Shown in pieces: positions 27,001-33,000 of a stretch of 64,000 nucleotides of DNA. The notes below the pieces were generated by a model. It did no database searches and had not been told where the DNA came from. It was given only the letters and a program-made list of their open reading frames with translations. Made by a program: the position numbers and the translations under genes. This DNA comes from an uncultured Planctomycetales bacterium (GTDB taxonomy: Bacteria > Omnitrophota > Gorgyraeia > Zapsychrales > JANLHA01), in NCBI GenBank assembly GCA_964474085.1, contig CAYYRJ010000014.1:603-64602 (forward strand), given 5' to 3'. Each line of letters opens with the position of its first letter. Within the stretch, counting starts at the first letter, position 1.

Positions 27001-30000
27001 ATTTGAGGAATTGTGCGCCGTTATGGCTACAGCAGCGACGGAGAAAAATGGATCGCAAATTGCAGCGATTATTAAAGAGTACAAAATTCGTATCCTTCTG
27101 ATTTTTAATGACAAAGATTTTATCGCTTTAATTGGTAAGCAGATTCAACAGGATTATTCTAATGCTGGTGTCTTACTTAAAAATGTAACACAAGAGGTGG
27201 ATGTTAGCTCTGTGATGGCGCACAAGTATTTTGTCACCCATCCAGAGGAATTTGCGCAAACGGTCATTGAGTTTACGAAAAGAAGTTTTTCAGCATCCTC
27301 GGCGGTCGATTTGCAGATTCCCGCCGCCTCAAGCGGTATTGAAAATGAAAATTTATTGCTTTTGTTAAAAATTAAAATTGCGAAAGAAACTTTGGAAGAG
27401 TTTTTTAGGAATGCCACAGAGTCAGAGATTGATCAGCTTAAGAAACTGATGATGATTCTGCCAGCTGTTTGGCAAGCTGTTGAGAATGCCCTGTATCCTT
27501 GGGCGGATCACTATGATTTAGCGCAAGTTCAAAAACCGGCTGGTATTTTTAATTTACTTGCTAATCAAGATAAAGATTTAGTTGATCTTTTGCCGGATTT
27601 GCCGTCAGATGAGGTTATAGTTAGCCGCGATGCGAAGCGATTAAACGTGCGGATTTTGTTATCAGAAAATTATTTGAGCCGAAAAAGCCTTCGCAGGGAC
27701 ATGTTTTTGATACGAGCATTTTTTATGTTAGAAACAGGGATTATTCTTTCACCTGTTTTGGTGTCTGTCATTCTTGGGGCATTATCAACTTGGCGTTATG
27801 GTGTGGCTGTATATTTAACAAGCCTTTGGGTTGGAAGAAAATATATTTTATCTACGATCAAAGAATTATATTCTGAGTGGGCGTTGCGAAATTATACAGA
27901 AGTATTTGATTTAGAAATTGAATTAGACTACCAGAGTAAGAATGCATATCTGGGGCATGGACGTATGCACCGCGACCCGATTGTTTTAACTTTTCAGCAA
28001 AATGGGATTTCAGCTCAAGTCGCCAGCGCGGCAAAAGATTGGGTGCAAAAGCATTGGTTTTTAGAACAGCTTATCCCTTGGTTAGCCTCGCGAGAAAAAA
28101 ACAGAAAATATTCTTTTGATTATTTTGTTGTCAAACATGTTTTAGATCGAAGCCGTGCGATGTTTGAAGCGCTTGGATTTCATGTCGTCAAATACGCACA
28201 GGACGATACTCCGATTGCGGTTTATGATCTTAAGGCATTTCGTCAAATACAAGCCCAACAAATAGACTCCAGCGCCTCCTCGGCATTGGCTATTTCGTTA
28301 CATCAAGTTTTTCGAGTTGCCGGTCTTCGTCGGGATATTGATGTTTCGAATTTCAAATTTGCACCTTACGTTGGTAAATTGCGCTATGTTGTCGGAAAAG
28401 GAGGATATGTCTTTTTTGTGAGGGAGGCTGATTTTCAAAATCATCAACTTTACCGGTTAACTTTTCGTTTGACAGAGATTAATCCGTATTTGGGCCCTTT
28501 TGGTCAAGAGCTCGTTGATCAACAAGAAAATTTTGTCAATGCGACCATTGACCTAGCCCGACAGATTGCCTCTTTGGGTGTCGGAGATGTTTTGGATATT
28601 CAAATCAATGAACTGTATCGGTCTTTGGGAGGACTAGGATCTGTCTTTTTATCTTTGCTCATTGAAGAGTTGTATATGCGCCAGATTAAAACTTTAAAAG
28701 TTTATGGACCGACGGTGCCTGCGTTTTATCGAAATCTTGGATTAGCTTGGATTGCAGGTGGTAATAAGGCGATGATTCTAAAATTATCCGATAAACAACA
28801 ACAACTTTATCCATGGCAAATTCAAGCTGTCGCGGCTAAAAGAGGATGGATTGTTCTCGAGGCGCTTGACTGCGGAGATTTTAAAGTGCTCCCGCATTTG
28901 TTAATTGAAAACACGGCGCTGAAAGAAAATTTCTCATTTTTCTCTGCAGAAGAGATTTCTTCCTCAACAGTAACAGCACAATATCTTGCGCAGGTGATTG
29001 GGGAATCTCTAGGGCAGAGCACAATTGAAGATTTTATTAACACCACGATTGTTTTGACAGAAGAGGAACATCGAACGGTAATTTTGACAGATCCACAGGA
29101 AAAAATGATTGTCACAATAATCCGTGTGCTTGCCAAGACCCATGGTATTGCTGTTGCAGAGATTTATGAGCAGCTGCGCTTATGGGTCAGTTGTTTCTAT
29201 GAGGAAGTTAAAAGAACAGATGAGTTTTACCGTGCAGACACGCAAGTTGTTAAAGCGGTTTTGACAGCTTTAGGCCCAACGGTTGCTCCGAGAAGAATTA
29301 ATCTTTTAGAATTATTTTGGTCAGGAAATTATAATCCGTTTGTTCAACAAGTCGAGTTGTGTCGTGTGCCCGGAGTAGATTTGTCCGTTTATAGAATACA
29401 ACAACCTGGGGATTGGCAAAAATATCAGTCAGCTTGCCGGCCTGCGATAAATGTTGTTTTCTTAAGTGCATTAGTGAGAAAAGGGCATGCTTTGCTTTAC
29501 AGCGCATATAAAATGCTTACGCAAAATACGCGTGGGGCGATTGTTGTTGCTTTTGCCAATGCGTATAACGATAGCGATGAGGATGAGCTTAAGAATTTTG
29601 TGCAGCAAAAAAATATTAAGATTCACAAAGTTGAATTTTCCGCGCATACATTCTTTATCCTTTCCGTCGATAAAAGAAACACAAAACAAGTCTCATCGTC
29701 TAGTGCTCTGATAGAAGCAGCTTCAAGGTTACTGTCGCCGGAGAGTTTAACAAAGACTCAAAGAGTCGTTGCGCTTTTGCAAAAGTTTGGCGCCCAGCCG
29801 TCAACGATTGCCGCGGCGTGGTTAGCGTATATCCCCGATGCTAAGTTAGCCGAATTGTCATCGGCAAAGAAACGATCCCGTCCAAAAGATTTAGCCCCGT
29901 ACGTTGCCCGAGCAGAACATTTCAAAACAATAAGTAATATCATTTACATCCCATCCGTCGATGAAAACGGTCGGCTTAAAGATCCTCGCGGCCTTGAACG

Positions 30001-33000
30001 ATGGTTGACGTATTTTGTCAAGGTCATATCCGATGGCCAGGCTTTTCTTTTTGCTGTCGCGGATGTTATGGCTGATTTAGAAGCGTCACAAGATGCTGAT
30101 GTCGCTCGGCGGGCCTATTTTGAACAAAAAGCGATGCATATTTTTGTAACGCTTGCCAACTTTTTTGGTTTGCATGAAATGGCCCGGGATTTGCGTGTGT
30201 TGGCACTGAGAATTGTTAATCTGGATCTCTATCAAAGAATCAGCGAGTTTATTGATAAAATAGACGGTGATTTGGATGCAGACCAAAAAGATTCATATCT
30301 TGTACAAACCAAAGACAACCTTAAGGAATTTTTGGAAAGAAACGGGATTTCAGAGGAAGTTTATTATTCTTGGAGGAAAAAAGACCCAGCATCTTTTGGC
30401 AATGTCATGGTGCGAAAAGGAAAAAATCCCGATGATGTCGATGATTTTTACGGTATTATCATTGTCGCGCCAACCAAAGAAGAGCGCGATCACATAGCAA
30501 GCCTTCTCTATGCGATTTCTGATTTTAATGTTTCTCCGCATCTGAAATATTCAAATTTTGAAATGCATGCGCTGCCTAAAAAACCATTTGAAGCCCTGCA
30601 GTTTAAACACAAAGATTCTAGTCGTCGTCCGTTTGACATTTATGTTTTTGATAAAGTCAATTATGATTTATACCGGACTGCGGTTTCGGCAGCGCATTGG
30701 GAATATTCTGCTCACAAGAATGCGGCTTTACGGCAACAAAAACTGGATCTGTTCCCTCACTTTAAGCCATCAAGGAATATTGACCAAGATTTTACTCAAT
30801 TGAGTAATCATTTTGTCGGTAAAAACGTTGCTATTCTTGTTCGGCCTATTAAAAACAATCTTAAGCCAAGCGATGATGAACAATACGAATTAATTCCGCG
30901 GGATTTTCCGATCAAGGCCATCCCTGCGGATGTTGCGGCGCAATGGAGATTTAATCGGTTAGGTGAAAATTATTTTGGTGCATATCCGGTGGTGCTTGGT
31001 TTGTACTTTGAAGACGTGTCATTGATTCTTGAGGCGCGAAAGATTCACCAAAAACTCAAGGAAACACAACCTTTACCCGTCGGAACAATACTGATGATTG
31101 CGGATCACTCCAATGGGTCTTCTGTCCATTTGGATAAGATATTTACGAAGGCGACAACGCCCCGAGCACGGCTTATGTCCAAATTGATAGGCTTAAATTC
31201 TCAAGAACGAAAAAATCTAGTCGCGCAAGGCCGAGAGAAACTTGTCGAGATCGCCCAATTGACTAACCGTAGTCGCGAAATACAGGCGCTGCAGCGTTTG
31301 AGCAATACCTTAGGGTTTAAGACAAACGATGGGATGGAAGAATTGTATCAGAGTGTTGCTTTAGGGTTAGTTGATGCTCAAGATATTCATGAAGCTTGGC
31401 AGGCATCTGGCCGTAAGCTTTTGGCCAGAGAAATGGGTATGGCTTGGATTAAGGATTTTGATGAACAGAGAGTACAGATTCGTCTCGAGTCTATTTTGGG
31501 GACATTTTCCAAATTATCTTTGAAGTATATCAGCAGTGTCCAAGGGTTCATTGAAGCCGTCGGCCGCGGGATGATTGAGCCGTCAGCGATTAAAGAAAAG
31601 TTGAGCTCCGGCGGGCTTTCGGCTATTTGGCAAATTACGAATGTGGAAAATAAAAGTGAATCACAAAACATTTTACACGTTACCGTTAAATATGATCGGC
31701 CGGGAATTTATTTGTCGTTAACGCGTATTTTGGCTCATTATGGAATTAATATAAGACGAATGAAGGATATTGGCGATATTGTTCATATTGAGGTTGATGC
31801 AATCAATGAGGCAAGGATTCTAAATGCTGTTGTTGAAGATATTCAAAATTTCATTCCGGATGTTCAAACCGACAGTGGTATTTTTTCGGTGGTGCTAGAT
31901 GTGTTTGCCGCTAATCGCATGAAGGTTTCGGCGAGAATGGCAAATTCTCCAGGTGAAATTTATAGACTTTTGAATGCCCTTTCAAAATTTGATCGAAAAA
32001 TTGGATATTCAAGTTTGACAGTTATTCCATCGTTTAATTATGCGGATGTTTTGATGACGCTTAATTTGCCGGCTGGTTTTTGTACAGATACGAAAGCGTA
32101 TCGCCAAGAAATTTTAAAGATCATGAATTCTGTCAGCGGAAATTCTGCTCGAGAAATTAACGGCCAAAGCTCATCATCATCAGCAATTCGAGATGACGGG
32201 CAAAGTGAAAAGAATTTATTGTCGATTGCCAATCGCGCGAGTCGTGGCGCGGACGTTAAGGTTCTGCGAAATATTGAGTTAGTGCGGCAAGAAGAATTTA
32301 GAAGAAAATATTTAGAGCGTCGGGCGCTGGTCGTTTGGCCGCGAGGGTATGAAAGAAAACAACGTGATCCTCGTCGTTATTTTGCGACGAATCATTCGGG
32401 GAGAGCGCAAATCATAGGCGTGAGTATAAATGAGATTTTGACAAACACGGATCGTTTTTCTATTCCAACAAATTCCAATAATTTATCACAGCGACAATCC
32501 GGTCGACGAATAAGGGTTATGCGCCTAACTGCAATTTTTGCCGGCATTGATGTGCGAAAAAATATGATGACAGTAAGTGCAGAAAAGAGTTTGGGGGAAA
32601 GGAATGCCTTAATTTCTCGTGGAGTGTTAACGACAATCTTTCAAGGACAGCTCATCGAAGAAGTCGTGCGCTTTCGTCCCGATGCGGTTAGTGTTGGGGC
32701 ATATGTTATCTCTGGAGTTCAAATTACGCCACAGATTAACTATCAAGGTCAATGGAAGGATTTGCAGAGAAGCTTAAGGATTTCGTATACAAAAATGCAA
32801 TATTTTAAATATTTGGTTATACGGGTCTGGAAATTAAGACCATTTTATTCTTTGGGGGCGAGGTTGCGCGAGTGGTTAAGTGCGTATAACGAAAATCATC
32901 ATCGGGCGATTTCGAGTGCGGTTGGCAATGATCACTCGTCGCCTGAATTTGATTATTCGCAATATTCTCTGGCAGTTGTTATTACAATTCTTTTGGTTAA

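Noticed and set aside
341-32232. About 40 short ORFs (60-160 aa) on the minus strand and in other + frames inside the giant gene
   Set aside because: All are short, lack RBS or start context, have low-complexity or odd composition, and are the expected random ORFs opposite a long coding region. None shows a recognisable motif.
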